Shown here in pieces: positions 1 through 9,713 of a stretch of DNA of 64,000 nucleotides; positions within the stretch are counted from its first letter, which is position 1; each line of letters begins with the position of its first letter. Source of the DNA: Candidatus Obscuribacterales bacterium (GTDB lineage Bacteria; Cyanobacteriota; Vampirovibrionia; Obscuribacterales; Obscuribacteraceae); NCBI GenBank assembly GCA_965228855.1, contig CBDDIJ010000003.1:1408001-1472000 (forward strand), given 5' to 3'. Below the pieces are notes generated by a model that searched no databases, was not told where the DNA came from, and was given only the letters and a program-made list of their open reading frames with translations. The position numbers were made by a program, and so were the translations under genes.

Positions 1-1425
1 CTCACTGAGAACTTCCATCACGCGTCCTTCTTGCGCGAGGCAGTCGTCAGTCGGCTTGATCTCGCCCATAAACACTTTGTTTGTGACGTCGAAAATGGCG
101 CCCAGACGATTCGATTTTGTTTCATCAGGACCCATCACACGGAAGTTCTTCCGGTCGTCGTTCTTGCTTACCACATCACGCAGATAGGTTCCGAGCACGC
201 TGGTTGTTTCAACTGTCGTTCCTCCAGGCGAGGAAACTTCAACCTGATATTTGCGGAAATCCGGAAGTCGCAAGTCCATTAGCAATAGACCGCCGTTCGC
301 GTGCGGGTTGGCGCCCATTCGTCGCGTACCTTCAGGTGCGAGTTCGGCGAATTCTTTCTTCAATCTGCCGCCATCGTCGAAGAGCTCTTCCGGTTTATAG
401 CTCTTCATCCAGGCTTCCAGTTGTTTCAGATGGTCTTCGTTGTCGGCTAAGCCGGCAAGAGGAACCTGGTGTGCGCGGTAAGTTCCCTCGATTTGAACAC
501 CATCAACTTCCTTCGGACCAGTCCATCCCTTGGGCGTCTCGAAAATAATCATCGGGTAGAAGGGACGCTTCACATTTTTGGCGGCTCTGGCTTCTTTTTT
601 GATTTTCTGAATATCGGCAAGCACCATATCCAGTGTCGCCGCCATGAGCTGGTGCATTTGTTCAGGCTGGTCGCCGGCAACAAAGTAAGGCTCGTAACCG
701 TATCCACGGAAAAGATCGTATTGCTCTTGTCTTGATATACGAGCTAAAACAGCCGGATTGGCAATTTTGTATCCGTTCAAGTGAAGGATGGGCAGCACAA
801 TTCCGTCTGACTTCGGGTCGACAAATTTGTTGGAATGCCAGCTTGTCGCGAGCGGTCCGGTCTCTGCTTCGCCGTCTCCAACTACGCAGGCGGCGATTAG
901 ATCAGGATTGTCGAGCACTGCGCCATAGGCGTGAGCCACGGAATAACCAAGCTCACCGCCTTCGTGAATCGAGCCAGGCACTTCGGCTGCGACGTGACTT
1001 GGAATTCCACCTGGAAATGAGAACTGTTTGAACAAAAGTTGCATACCTTCCAGGTCCTGACTGACTGAATGGTACGTTTCAGACCAGGTTCCTTCAAGAT
1101 AGGTGTTCGCAACCAGCGCCGGACCACCGTGACCCGGACCGGTGATGTAAATCATGTCGAGGTCGTGTTTTTTGATAATACGGTTCAAGTGCGCATAGAT
1201 GAAGTTAAGCCCGGGCGTAGTTCCCCAGTGCCCAAGCAATCTTGGTTTAATGTGCTCCAGCTTCAGCGGCTCTTTCAAAAGCGGGTTGTCCATCAGATAT
1301 ATCTGACCGACGGAAAGATAGTTAGCTGCTCGCCAGTAGCCATCTATTTTCCGAAGCTCCTCGGACGTCAATGGCTGCTTTTCCTGACCGTCTTTGAGAA
1401 ACTTGTCGCGCACCGCCGTTGTCAT
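1..1425 (-). CDS. xfp: Phosphoketolase (xylulose-5-P/fructose-6-P), 3' end truncated by window edge
   Basis: Missing from the ORF track because it runs off the edge. Manual minus-strand translation from ATG 1425 gives MTTAVRDKF...[22 protein letters not shown]...[22 protein letters not shown], and near position 1 [15 protein letters not shown]...GRVMEVLSE, which are hallmark XFP motifs. GAGGA RBS upstream. Confidence 0.95.
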   Translation of the reverse strand, partial: MTTAVRDKFLKDGQEKQPLTSEELRKIDGYWRAANYLSVGQIYLMDNPLLKEPLKLEHIKPRLLGHWGTTPGLNFIYAHLNRIIKKHDLDMIYITGPGHGGPALVANTYLEGTWSETYHSVSQDLEGMQLLFKQFSFPGGIPSHVAAEVPGSIHEGGELGYSVAHAYGAVLDNPDLIAACVVGDGEAETGPLATSWHSNKFVDPKSDGIVLPILHLNGYKIANPAVLARISRQEQYDLFRGYGYEPYFVAGDQPEQMHQLMAATLDMVLADIQKIKKEARAAKNVKRPFYPMIIFETPKGWTGPKEVDGVQIEGTYRAHQVPLAGLADNEDHLKQLEAWMKSYKPEELFDDGGRLKKEFAELAPEGTRRMGANPHANGGLLLMDLRLPDFRKYQVEVSSPGGTTVETTSVLGTYLRDVVSKNDDRKNFRVMGPDETKSNRLGAIFDVTNKVFMGEIKPTDDCLAQEGRVMEVLSE

Positions 1426-1656
1426 AGTTTTTCCTCACAGGAATAGGAACAGCGTAACGATAGCGATGTTGTGCGCTCAGCGGCTCATAATCTAAGGTTA
1501 TCGTTACAGTGCCTTAATAAAGATGTCGACGAAGAGCGGCACCAGCACGCAGTTTGACCGCTTCCTTACCACTACGGCGCACGCCTCTCCGGGACCCTAC
1601 CGGTTCATGTTTTCAGCCTGGGACGGGTACAAGTAGGTTACCTTGAGGATAACTTT

Positions 1657-3903
1657 GTGACTAACTCTGACGTCACGCCTGTCGCTGCGAAAAATTCAAC
1701 TGATGATTCCGGAAGTCTGCGCCGACTGTTCTGGCTGAGTTTCTTGCTGCTGTTCGCGGAAATCTTATGCATTCGCTGGCTCGGCTGCGAACTCGCTGTT
1801 GTAAGAATTTTTCCGAACTTGATTGTTATGGTGGCACTCGTTTCAACATCGACCGGAATGATCGCCGCCGTTACGCGTCCAGGTCAGAAATCGAAACTGG
1901 ATAACATCTTTATTCTGGCGATAGCAATTTCTGTTCTGCTGACCTGTGCCATTTTTGCCAAGCAGCTTGGCCTGGTTGATTTGAGCGTGCGATTCGAGGA
2001 TGGAACCAGCGCTTCCATCGTACAAGCAGTTTGCGTGATCCTGCTTCTCATCTCCTGTATCTTTCTCATCTTCCGCCGTCTGGGCGTTTTGCTCGCTATC
2101 GAATTTGATAAACATAAACCGCTCGCCGCATACTCCGTAAACCTTCTCGGCAGCATCGCCGGTACCCTCGCCATCGCTTTGAGTTCATCGCTGAGCCTTG
2201 GACCGTACGCATGGTTGGTACTGTTGGCGGTGCCAGTGTTTCTAGTTTCAAAAAAATGGCAACACGTACTGTTCTTCATCGTGTTTGCCGGACTTGCTGC
2301 TACAACCGGTTTAAATAGCTACTGGTCACCGTATTCGAAACTGGATGTTATCCCGATTAGCGCAGAAGAAGCGCCCATACTCGGTCCCGGGAGTTTCGTC
2401 CTCAATTCGAATAACTTCTATTTCCACACAGGAATGCTTGTCGTTCCAGAGGCTAAGGAGAAAGAGTTTCTCTCAAAGAAACCTGTGACCAAGCGCGATG
2501 AAACGATCCAGGACTATTACTGGAGAACGAAAACGCCTTTTGCAATTGCGCCAAACATTGATGAGGTCCTCGTTCTTGGTGCAGGCTCTGGCAACGACGG
2601 CGCCTATGCACTCGAGCATGGAGTAAAACGTGTTGACGCTGTCGAAATCGATCCGGTAATTGCGAGCTTCGGAAAATTCCTGCATCCGAATCATCCCTGG
2701 AGCGACCCGCGTGCTCATGTGTACAACGAGGACGCGCGCACATATCTCAGATACACGAAAAACAAATACGACCTGGTGCTTTTCGCGGACCTGGATCCGG
2801 GGGCGACTATCAACACTTCGTCTTTCCTGAGAGTCGACAACTTCGTCTATACGATTGAATCGATGCGCTCCGCTCTTCGAGTGTGTAAACCGAACGGCGT
2901 CGTAGTACTTTCCTTTGCGACCGGACCGGAAAGCATTATCACCCGGCGAATATATAAAGCTATCGAAGCTGCCAATGGTGGCAAGGCCCCGGTCACTTTC
3001 GTTGACGATAAGTGGCTCAGTGTGATGTACATATTCGGTCCTGGAATTGACGATGTCGATATCAAAAAGGTAACTGAAATAGACCCGGTACTGCGCCGCT
3101 GGCCGGCACCCGGCGAAATTATCGATACAAAGCCATCCTCGGATGACTGGCCGTTCCTTTACACGAACTTCCATAAAGAAGGAATGTTCCTTTATTTCTC
3201 AATCTTGCTGGTGGCAGTTGTGGTTCCAGCCCTTCTGACCATAATCACGACTCCTAAAAAAATCGGACCGGATGGCAAGGTCGAGGGCGGCATATCACCC
3301 GGAGAATGGGGGAATATGTTCTTCCTCGGCAACGCTTTTATGTTAGTCGAGACAAAATCGATCACACAGCTCTCACTACTCTTTGGTGCGACCTGGCTGG
3401 TTAGTTCGATCGTTATTTTGACGATTCTCATACTCGCCTGGGTTGGTAACATGATCGTTATGCGGACAAAACGCCTGCCCTTACCATTCTTATACGGCGG
3501 CCTGTTCTTCTGCCTGCTGCTGGATTATTTATGGAAGGTACCGGAGCAAACGAGCCTGCCACCACTTGTAGTATCAGGGTTGGCGGCACTTTTTGCTTGC
3601 TGTCCGATTTTCTTCGGTAGCATGACTTTCTCAACCTGTTTTAAAAACACGAACCGACCAGTCGAGCTGCTCTCCGCAAACCTCCTCGGGGTGGCATTTG
3701 GCGGACTGACTGAGAACCTCTGTCTCTGGACCGGTATCAAAGGACTGCCGATTTTAGGACTTGCTTTATATGGATTATCCGGTTTAAGTCTCTTGCTGGA
3801 CGAGTATCGCCGACGCAAGGCCGGTGGTGCCTCCGTCGCAGTCGAAACTGGAACCGATAAATCCGAGCCGTCCGAATCTGGAACAGACGAAACCAGCCCG
3901 TAG
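1657..3903 (+). CDS. Multi-TM spermidine synthase-like/SAM-dependent transferase fusion
   Basis: N- and C-terminal TM bundles flank a class I SAM-binding domain (VLVLGAGSGNDG, VDAVEIDP, EDAR, YDLV). Family motifs YSVNLLGS, WSPYSK, DDWPFLY, FMLVETK, NLLG. Confidence 0.8.
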   Translation: MTNSDVTPVAAKNSTDDSGSLRRLFWLSFLLLFAEILCIRWLGCELAVVRIFPNLIVMVALVSTSTGMIAAVTRPGQKSKLDNIFILAIAISVLLTCAIFAKQLGLVDLSVRFEDGTSASIVQAVCVILLLISCIFLIFRRLGVLLAIEFDKHKPLAAYSVNLLGSIAGTLAIALSSSLSLGPYAWLVLLAVPVFLVSKKWQHVLFFIVFAGLAATTGLNSYWSPYSKLDVIPISAEEAPILGPGSFVLNSNNFYFHTGMLVVPEAKEKEFLSKKPVTKRDETIQDYYWRTKTPFAIAPNIDEVLVLGAGSGNDGAYALEHGVKRVDAVEIDPVIASFGKFLHPNHPWSDPRAHVYNEDARTYLRYTKNKYDLVLFADLDPGATINTSSFLRVDNFVYTIESMRSALRVCKPNGVVVLSFATGPESIITRRIYKAIEAANGGKAPVTFVDDKWLSVMYIFGPGIDDVDIKKVTEIDPVLRRWPAPGEIIDTKPSSDDWPFLYTNFHKEGMFLYFSILLVAVVVPALLTIITTPKKIGPDGKVEGGISPGEWGNMFFLGNAFMLVETKSITQLSLLFGATWLVSSIVILTILILAWVGNMIVMRTKRLPLPFLYGGLFFCLLLDYLWKVPEQTSLPPLVVSGLAALFACCPIFFGSMTFSTCFKNTNRPVELLSANLLGVAFGGLTENLCLWTGIKGLPILGLALYGLSGLSLLLDEYRRRKAGGASVAVETGTDKSEPSESGTDETSP

Positions 3904-4053
3904 TAATCGGTTTACTAGTTCAGTGATTTGAACTGAAACCGGAATCGACTTATTTCGTTCAACACTTGAGGAAGTGTGTCACGCTTCGCTGCTCAATTGG
4001 CGATGTTCGGTTTAATACTGAATGTTCACCTTTTAAATCCTTTTGGAGAACTT

Positions 4054-4593
4054 ATGAAAAAAATTGCAACTGCCGGCGCGACGCTGGCCGTACTCCTCAT
4101 GGCGCAACCAAGTTTCGCAGCTGACATGAATACCGCCGGCGAGAACCTGAACGGTACGGTGCTTGGATTAGTCGCCACCCCGATCGTGATTACCGTTGAA
4201 ACGACCAAACTTGGCGTGGAAGCAGCTGGAAAAGTTTTGCAGGCTGGCGGCGAAGGTCTGGATCAGGTCGCCCGAAGCAGTGGAAAGTTTATCAATGAAG
4301 TTGCTCAGTCAGCGGAGCCTACAGTGAGCGCCGTTGCGCAAGCCGGATACGAGGGCACGGGCAAGGCTATCGAGTTCGGCGGGAGAACCACAGGCAGAGT
4401 CTTAGAGACCAGCGGCGATATCGTTTTCAACACTGCCCGCACAGGTGGTGGCATAATTGGTGACATGGCTAAACTGGTGCTTTCCACAGGCGAAGGGCTT
4501 GCAGACTTGACCGGTAGCGTTATTGATGACGCAACCGGAAGCTCAAAAGATATCAGCTCGCCTTCAGCTCAAGGTGAAACGAAGGATCAGTAG
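4054..4593 (+). CDS. Secreted hypothetical protein with 11-mer amphipathic repeats
   Basis: ATG 4054 follows GGAGA. Signal peptide MKKIATAGATLAVLLMAQPSFA; Gly/Ala/Thr-rich periodic body. Confidence 0.65.
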   Translation: MKKIATAGATLAVLLMAQPSFAADMNTAGENLNGTVLGLVATPIVITVETTKLGVEAAGKVLQAGGEGLDQVARSSGKFINEVAQSAEPTVSAVAQAGYEGTGKAIEFGGRTTGRVLETSGDIVFNTARTGGGIIGDMAKLVLSTGEGLADLTGSVIDDATGSSKDISSPSAQGETKDQ

Positions 4594-4608
4594 AGATCGT
4601 CGTTTTCA

Positions 4609-6216
4609 TTAGAAAACGCAGCTGCAGCCTCCATACAAGCGGATGTTGGTTGTTCTTTTAACGGTCATCTCGCCGAGGAAGCCATTATATCCGGTGCCTC
4701 GTCGCCACTCGAATGTGCCGTCGGCATCGGTAAACGAGAACACTCCAACTCCGCCCGGAGAAGTTAATGAGCCGCACTCTACAGTCCATGACTGGACAGT
4801 ATTGGGATAAGTGTAGGGCGGGAAAAGTTCGTCGAAGTCCTCGTTGTCGCTGTCGGGCGACTGGTTTTTCATCTCGCTCGTCATCCAGGGTGCGACGCTC
4901 TGAACGTTGCTGGAAGAGACGCACACCAGGTCGTTTGTTGGACCCGGCACGATGTAAAACTCATCGTTCGAGCCGTCGACTGTAGCCATATTGAGAATCG
5001 CAACCAGCTTGCCATCATTGAAATCAGGATCGATTTCGCGGCAGCGTTGAAGCAATGCCTTCCTGACTTTGTTCCATGCCGGTTGCGGAATCGTCGGAAT
5101 CGGAAATAGGCAACCGAATACGGTTGGTGGCACATACTCGTTGCCCAGTGAAACGGATGCCTGGCCGTTTCCACAAGCTGGAACATAGAACTCTCGGAAT
5201 TGAGTCTCTGAGCTGTAACCATACTCTGATGTGTAGATGGCAAACGGTGGAATTGGGTAATTGAGATACCATTTCGCTTTGTTCTTTGGAAATTTGATGC
5301 GAATGTACGCATGCGGAATGCGCATTTTGAACGTTTTCATCGGATTGGCTTTCACAACAGCCATCGCTTTCTGATCGGCTGGATTGCCGCCCACAGTGTG
5401 CGACTCCACAGAAAATGTATTCGGAACCGGCTTAGCCCAACCAGTCAGGGCCTCGGAAATTAGCGTATTTTTTTCGAAGTGATCGCGCGATTCGAGTCTT
5501 GGTCGCTCGTTGAACTTGAAAGGAACAAACCAGTAATCGTGACCGTACATATTGACTGATTTATAGCCGGGCATGCAGTTGTTGCCGCCTTTGTCTTTGA
5601 CTGTCTTGAGATTGCTCCAGCTAATCTCCTCCGGAATCTGATTCTGGTCCAGGTAGACGTTGCTTTCCTCTCCACGTTCAAGCAGTGATGTCGTCCAGTT
5701 TGGACCTGCGAGGTGCTTCGTTAAAACGTCTTTACCCAGCATTCGAACTGAGTTGACCTGTGCAACTTCATCGAACAACGGAAAAAGTTTGCTATCGTTG
5801 TTCAGGTCATCGGACAATCGGTCACTGATGTTTTCAGCCGCTTGATAAATAGCCGATGCATGTGAGCTGGTCTGCGCAGTCTCCTTGCCGGATTCCTTGA
5901 TGTCCTGCGCGTTCATCGCGACGAATAACGCTTTGCCCCAGACGCGATCTATGTTTGACAAACCAAATTCGCCGTTGTTATCAGCGACGTCTTTGAATTG
6001 GTCCTCATCGCCACCTTGAGATTTGGTAGTGATAGTCAGGCATTTTTTTCCGACATTGAGGGCACCAGCATCGGTGGCATTGCGCGTTTCCCGTGAACCG
6101 CCGAAGTAAAGAGAGACCATGAAAAATGCGAGGGCAAGTAAAACAAGCGCAAATGCGAGCGCCGCTGCCAGACCCAGAGCAGCTCCTTTCCTATTTCGTA
6201 AAAACGACCTTTTCAT
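4609..6216 (-). CDS. TadG-like pilus tip/minor pilin protein
   Basis: Basic leader ...RNRKG|AALGL, hydrophobic helix, then ETRNATDAGAL (Tad-domain pattern xxxAxDAAAL). Paralog of 52245..53780. Start set to ATG 6216 after an AGGA RBS. Confidence 0.7.
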   Translation of the reverse strand: MKRSFLRNRKGAALGLAAALAFALVLLALAFFMVSLYFGGSRETRNATDAGALNVGKKCLTITTKSQGGDEDQFKDVADNNGEFGLSNIDRVWGKALFVAMNAQDIKESGKETAQTSSHASAIYQAAENISDRLSDDLNNDSKLFPLFDEVAQVNSVRMLGKDVLTKHLAGPNWTTSLLERGEESNVYLDQNQIPEEISWSNLKTVKDKGGNNCMPGYKSVNMYGHDYWFVPFKFNERPRLESRDHFEKNTLISEALTGWAKPVPNTFSVESHTVGGNPADQKAMAVVKANPMKTFKMRIPHAYIRIKFPKNKAKWYLNYPIPPFAIYTSEYGYSSETQFREFYVPACGNGQASVSLGNEYVPPTVFGCLFPIPTIPQPAWNKVRKALLQRCREIDPDFNDGKLVAILNMATVDGSNDEFYIVPGPTNDLVCVSSSNVQSVAPWMTSEMKNQSPDSDNEDFDELFPPYTYPNTVQSWTVECGSLTSPGGVGVFSFTDADGTFEWRRGTGYNGFLGEMTVKRTTNIRLYGGCSCVF

Positions 6217-6409
6217 TCCTAATACAACCTGCAACTTTGGTGCGTGTCAGAGAAGTTTACGGTGAGGACAGACAAATTAGGATCGAAACGTCTCCAATCA
6301 ATCTGTTTGTTTAAAATTCTATTAGAATTCCTTTCGCTAATCTGGCACTGCCCATGATACCGCGTTCAAACATTCGAAATGCTGTGATTCCGTTTAAATC
6401 CTAAGTAGA

Positions 6410-6434
6410 AACGGTCCGCTGTTCGCGGACCGTT
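6410..6434 (-). terminator. Hairpin, possible intrinsic terminator after the short TadE gene
   Basis: AACGGTCCGC-N5-GCGGACCGTT, a perfect 10-bp stem 36 bp past the 6471 stop, with only a short T run. Confidence 0.5.
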
Positions 6435-6470
6435 CTCTCCTGTTCGAGCTGTCGGAAAATTGCAGTTAGC

Positions 6471-6899
6471 TTATAGGGGAGCAGCGGAGACTCCGACTAC
6501 CGGTTCGGTCGCACGCGCTCTGAAGGCGATTTTCGTCTTCGTACCCGGCAAAGTGATGGGGATGCGAACGGTGATAACGGTTTCCGCGGTTACGTTTGAT
6601 TTCGAGTTGTAGACCAATTTCGAGTTGTCGAGTTCGACCTTCTCGATCAGGGGCGACTTTGGAAAGTGGCTGACAACCTGCTCGGCTGCTGCTTTCGCTG
6701 AGTCGGATGTCTGAGCATTGGCTGCTGCTCTTGCACAATTCTTTGCCAGCGAGTCATTTGCTGAATTGCCGAGGACTAGAACGATAAGGTCGAGTGCAAA
6801 CAAAGCAATCGGGATGAGAATGAACATGCCGCAAAGGACTTCTACGAAAACTTGTCCTTTTGAATTTCTTCCTCTGTTACGCATTTGCTTTCGCTCCAT
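6471..6899 (-). CDS. TadE-like (type IV-c) prepilin, short, copy A
   Basis: Basic leader RNSKG|QVFVE (G-1, E+5), hydrophobic helix, ARAAA motif, C-terminal beta strands. Confidence 0.8.
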   Translation of the reverse strand: MERKQMRNRGRNSKGQVFVEVLCGMFILIPIALFALDLIVLVLGNSANDSLAKNCARAAANAQTSDSAKAAAEQVVSHFPKSPLIEKVELDNSKLVYNSKSNVTAETVITVRIPITLPGTKTKIAFRARATEPVVGVSAAPL

Positions 6900-7022
6900 T
6901 TTGTTTAGTGCCGTTCCGCGGCGTATGTCTCATTAACGACCAGCTCGGATCTATTAGGAGGAGTCAGGAGGAATTTGCCGGATATTTTTTTGAACGCCGG
7001 ATCTAAGAGCTTGTCAGACTGC

Positions 7023-7057
7023 AAAAAGACCCAGCGGTCTGTACTGCTGGGCCTTTT
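7023..7057 (-). terminator. Intrinsic terminator after short TadE copy B
   Basis: Minus strand GGCCCAGCAGT-ACAG-ACCGCTGGGTC followed by TTTTT, 26 bp past the 7084 stop. Confidence 0.65.
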
Positions 7058-7083
7058 AAATTATTTGCGGTTGGCTTGTCCGT

Positions 7084-7503
7084 TTAATAAACCGGCGCGG
7101 CTGAAACGCCTACTACTGGTTCCGTCGCACGAGCCCGGAAGGCGATCTTCTGTTTGGTTCCCGGAAGAGTAATCGGAATCCGGACAGTCAGAACTGTTTC
7201 GGTGGTTACGTTCTCTTTCTCGTCATACGTCATCTTAGAGTGGTCGAGTTCGACTTTCTCGATCAAAGGGGAGAAAGGAAAGCGATTAACAACCTGTTGA
7301 GCGGCTTCCCTGGCCTTGTCGGCGCTTTGCGCATTAGCTGCTGCGCGTGCGCAGTTCTTGGCGAGAGAATCGTTGGCGGAGTTGCCGAGGATAAGTACTA
7401 TGAGATCGAGGGCAAAGAGCGCTATTGGGATTATGATAAACAACCCGCACAGTACTTCGATGAAGACCTGACCTTTGTTGGTTCGATAATTTTGTCTGCG
7501 CAT
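7084..7503 (-). CDS. TadE-like prepilin, short, copy B
   Basis: RTNKG|QVFIE leader. Mature region closely similar to 6471..6899. Confidence 0.8.
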   Translation of the reverse strand: MRRQNYRTNKGQVFIEVLCGLFIIIPIALFALDLIVLILGNSANDSLAKNCARAAANAQSADKAREAAQQVVNRFPFSPLIEKVELDHSKMTYDEKENVTTETVLTVRIPITLPGTKQKIAFRARATEPVVGVSAAPVY

Positions 7504-7609
7504 TACATCCCTCGGAATTCAGGTGATGTAAGTGTAAGCGGACCACTTGGAAATTGGAATTGTCTGTAATCAAAATTGGAATTAGACGTTACCAATGTTT
7601 CTTCGAATC

Positions 7610-8158
7610 TTACGAACCTGGATTGGCGTCGTCAGGATTTTCGATTACAGCTTCGTTTTCATAGATGAAAACCGACTCGGATGTCAGCCCCGGGATTCCA
7701 GGTATGAATGGCATATTGGCAAGCATAGGACGCGGCTTAATCGTGGTTTTGACGCGGACAATCATGTCCTGCCTTCCTTCGCTATCCTTTTGACCAGGCA
7801 CATAGCTGACTTCTGTCTGCGGAAATTCGGTCAGATTGGCAAATTGACCCAGACCGGAAGTCTTCCACTGCTCGGGGATTACCTTCTTCACGTTGCCTGT
7901 AGCGCTTTCGACCTCGTCTCGTTTGCTAACGGCCGCTTCTCGAATTTGGATATTGTTGAGCAAATAGCCGGCACCGTAATTGACAGCCACAGCCATCAAA
8001 AGCAACATCGGAAAAAATGTGGAGACGAACAATACCAGAAGTCCGGGTCCGAATTCGGCAAGCTGACTGCCTTTCCGGCTTCGTGCAGAATACTTGATTC
8101 CTTTTCGTTGCTGTGTGAAAACGACCATTGTCCACATCCCCGTGTGCGCTCGATACAC
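7610..8158 (-). CDS. TadE-like prepilin, long
   Basis: RSRKG|SQLAEFGPGLLVLF prepilin motif (E+5, F+6) and REAA helix. True start may be a downstream Met. Confidence 0.75.
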   Translation of the reverse strand: MYRAHTGMWTMVVFTQQRKGIKYSARSRKGSQLAEFGPGLLVLFVSTFFPMLLLMAVAVNYGAGYLLNNIQIREAAVSKRDEVESATGNVKKVIPEQWKTSGLGQFANLTEFPQTEVSYVPGQKDSEGRQDMIVRVKTTIKPRPMLANMPFIPGIPGLTSESVFIYENEAVIENPDDANPGS

Positions 8159-8247
8159 ATGATACGCCGGAGACGTCGTAATTAGGAGCCACCGGGCAGA
8201 ATAATGAGTGTATTATCGTCTAGCCTATCCAGCCGCGACTTCCTTGC

Positions 8248-9606
8248 ATGAAAAAAACAAAAACAACCTCTTTCCTCCTGGCATCAATGGCGGTGCTCGA
8301 AGTTTTAACATCGTCGTCCTTTGAGGCTAATGCACGTGGTGCCGGCGGAGGCGGCCATCGATTTCCAGGTGGCAGCTATGCGGGAGCGCATTGCGGTTTT
8401 CACAACCATTACGACAATTATGGTCGCTGGGGCGGCAGTAGAATGTACGAGCCCGGCGCCTGGGGTGGCTGGGCCCGTCCCAGGAATCGCTGGTGGAATA
8501 CCGGTTGGGGCGGCTGGTCTGAGCCGTATTATGGCGGACCCGGTGCTGGATACGTACCTGGCAGTCAGCCTGTGGACGAAGAAGGGACGGTCTATCCGGC
8601 AGCCAATTACAATGTCGGAGCCCTGAGTTTAGGAGCATACGCTGGTCACTCCGCATCAGAAACCGTATCGGCTGAGATCAAAAAGAAGCCCGATATCGAG
8701 CCGGTTCGCATGAAAGCGGTTTCAACCAAGTCGGTTTATAAACTGGGACCGGACACTGATGTGCTTGAAACCGGAAACGTTGCGGTGCGTTTGAACGACG
8801 ATAGTTTTTTAATCGTTGATTCAAAGCAAACGTTTGTGGTCGATCAAAAATCAGGTGTGCCGACGATCGCTCTGTATACAGACCCGCTCCTGCTCTGGAA
8901 TCTATCGCACGAATTGAAGCGCCAATCGCTAGGTCTGAAAGCCAGCATGATGAGTAAGATTGCCGCGACGAAAACTTCGAATATCGATAAAAGCAATACG
9001 GGCGAAACAAAATCGACATCGCAAAAGATTTCTGAAACCGTGTCCTCATCATCAAGTTCGAAAGGAACCGAGGTCGAGAACATGAAGTGGATCATCGAGC
9101 AACTTGATAAAGCTCAAGCAAAACTTGGTGATGTCTCCGAGCAGCCACCTGCGAAGAACGCTGATCCGGTGCCTGATTGCGTGGAGTTGTTTGCCAGTGT
9201 CTGGCTGTTGAAAGACGGAAGTTTTATTCTCTATAAACAGCAGGACGGCTCGCTAATTTACCTGAACAGTCACGGCACATACTCGGATCGCGGGAAAACC
9301 GCTCGCAGCGTCGCCTATCCCGACACCTTCGAACTGGCTGTTTACGGCTATCTGAAGACTCTGGTGAACGAATACAAGCCAACTGTTTCGAAATTGACCG
9401 AAGACAAAGAAGATACCGAGTGGGCGTTGTCGAAGCTAAAGGAGATTTCCGATCCCGAAGTGGATCAACTGGAGTCGCAGCGGAGATTGGCTGAGGCTGT
9501 TGCTCGGAGCGAACGAAGACTGGACGTTATCCAGAAGCAAATTCAGGTCATGCCGGATGAGGTGGACGCCGCAAAGAAGGCGCTGGCTGCTCTCGACAAG
9601 AATTGA
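8248..9606 (+). CDS. Secreted hypothetical protein: Gly/Trp/Tyr-rich low-complexity segment, duplicated domain, coiled coil
   Basis: Signal peptide ending ANA; GRWGG...GAWGGW...GWGGW region; helical C-terminus. Confidence 0.6.
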   Translation: MKKTKTTSFLLASMAVLEVLTSSSFEANARGAGGGGHRFPGGSYAGAHCGFHNHYDNYGRWGGSRMYEPGAWGGWARPRNRWWNTGWGGWSEPYYGGPGAGYVPGSQPVDEEGTVYPAANYNVGALSLGAYAGHSASETVSAEIKKKPDIEPVRMKAVSTKSVYKLGPDTDVLETGNVAVRLNDDSFLIVDSKQTFVVDQKSGVPTIALYTDPLLLWNLSHELKRQSLGLKASMMSKIAATKTSNIDKSNTGETKSTSQKISETVSSSSSSKGTEVENMKWIIEQLDKAQAKLGDVSEQPPAKNADPVPDCVELFASVWLLKDGSFILYKQQDGSLIYLNSHGTYSDRGKTARSVAYPDTFELAVYGYLKTLVNEYKPTVSKLTEDKEDTEWALSKLKEISDPEVDQLESQRRLAEAVARSERRLDVIQKQIQVMPDEVDAAKKALAALDKN

Positions 9607-9713
9607 ACCGGCGGCTGTTAAATTAAACAAAACGGCGGGATTAAGGTAGCGCTCGTGGGAAACCTTATAATAGGCGACTGGCGACCTGACTACACCTGGC
9701 TGGAGAGTCTGAC

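Noticed and set aside
31..1446. Several + strand ORFs (31..282, 117..548, 469..735, 732..1031, 1069..1446)
   Set aside because: Antisense shadows of the minus-strand phosphoketolase gene.
1426..1656. Possible TPP riboswitch ahead of TPP-dependent phosphoketolase
   Set aside because: No CTGAGA...ACCTGA...GTAGGGA core is present.
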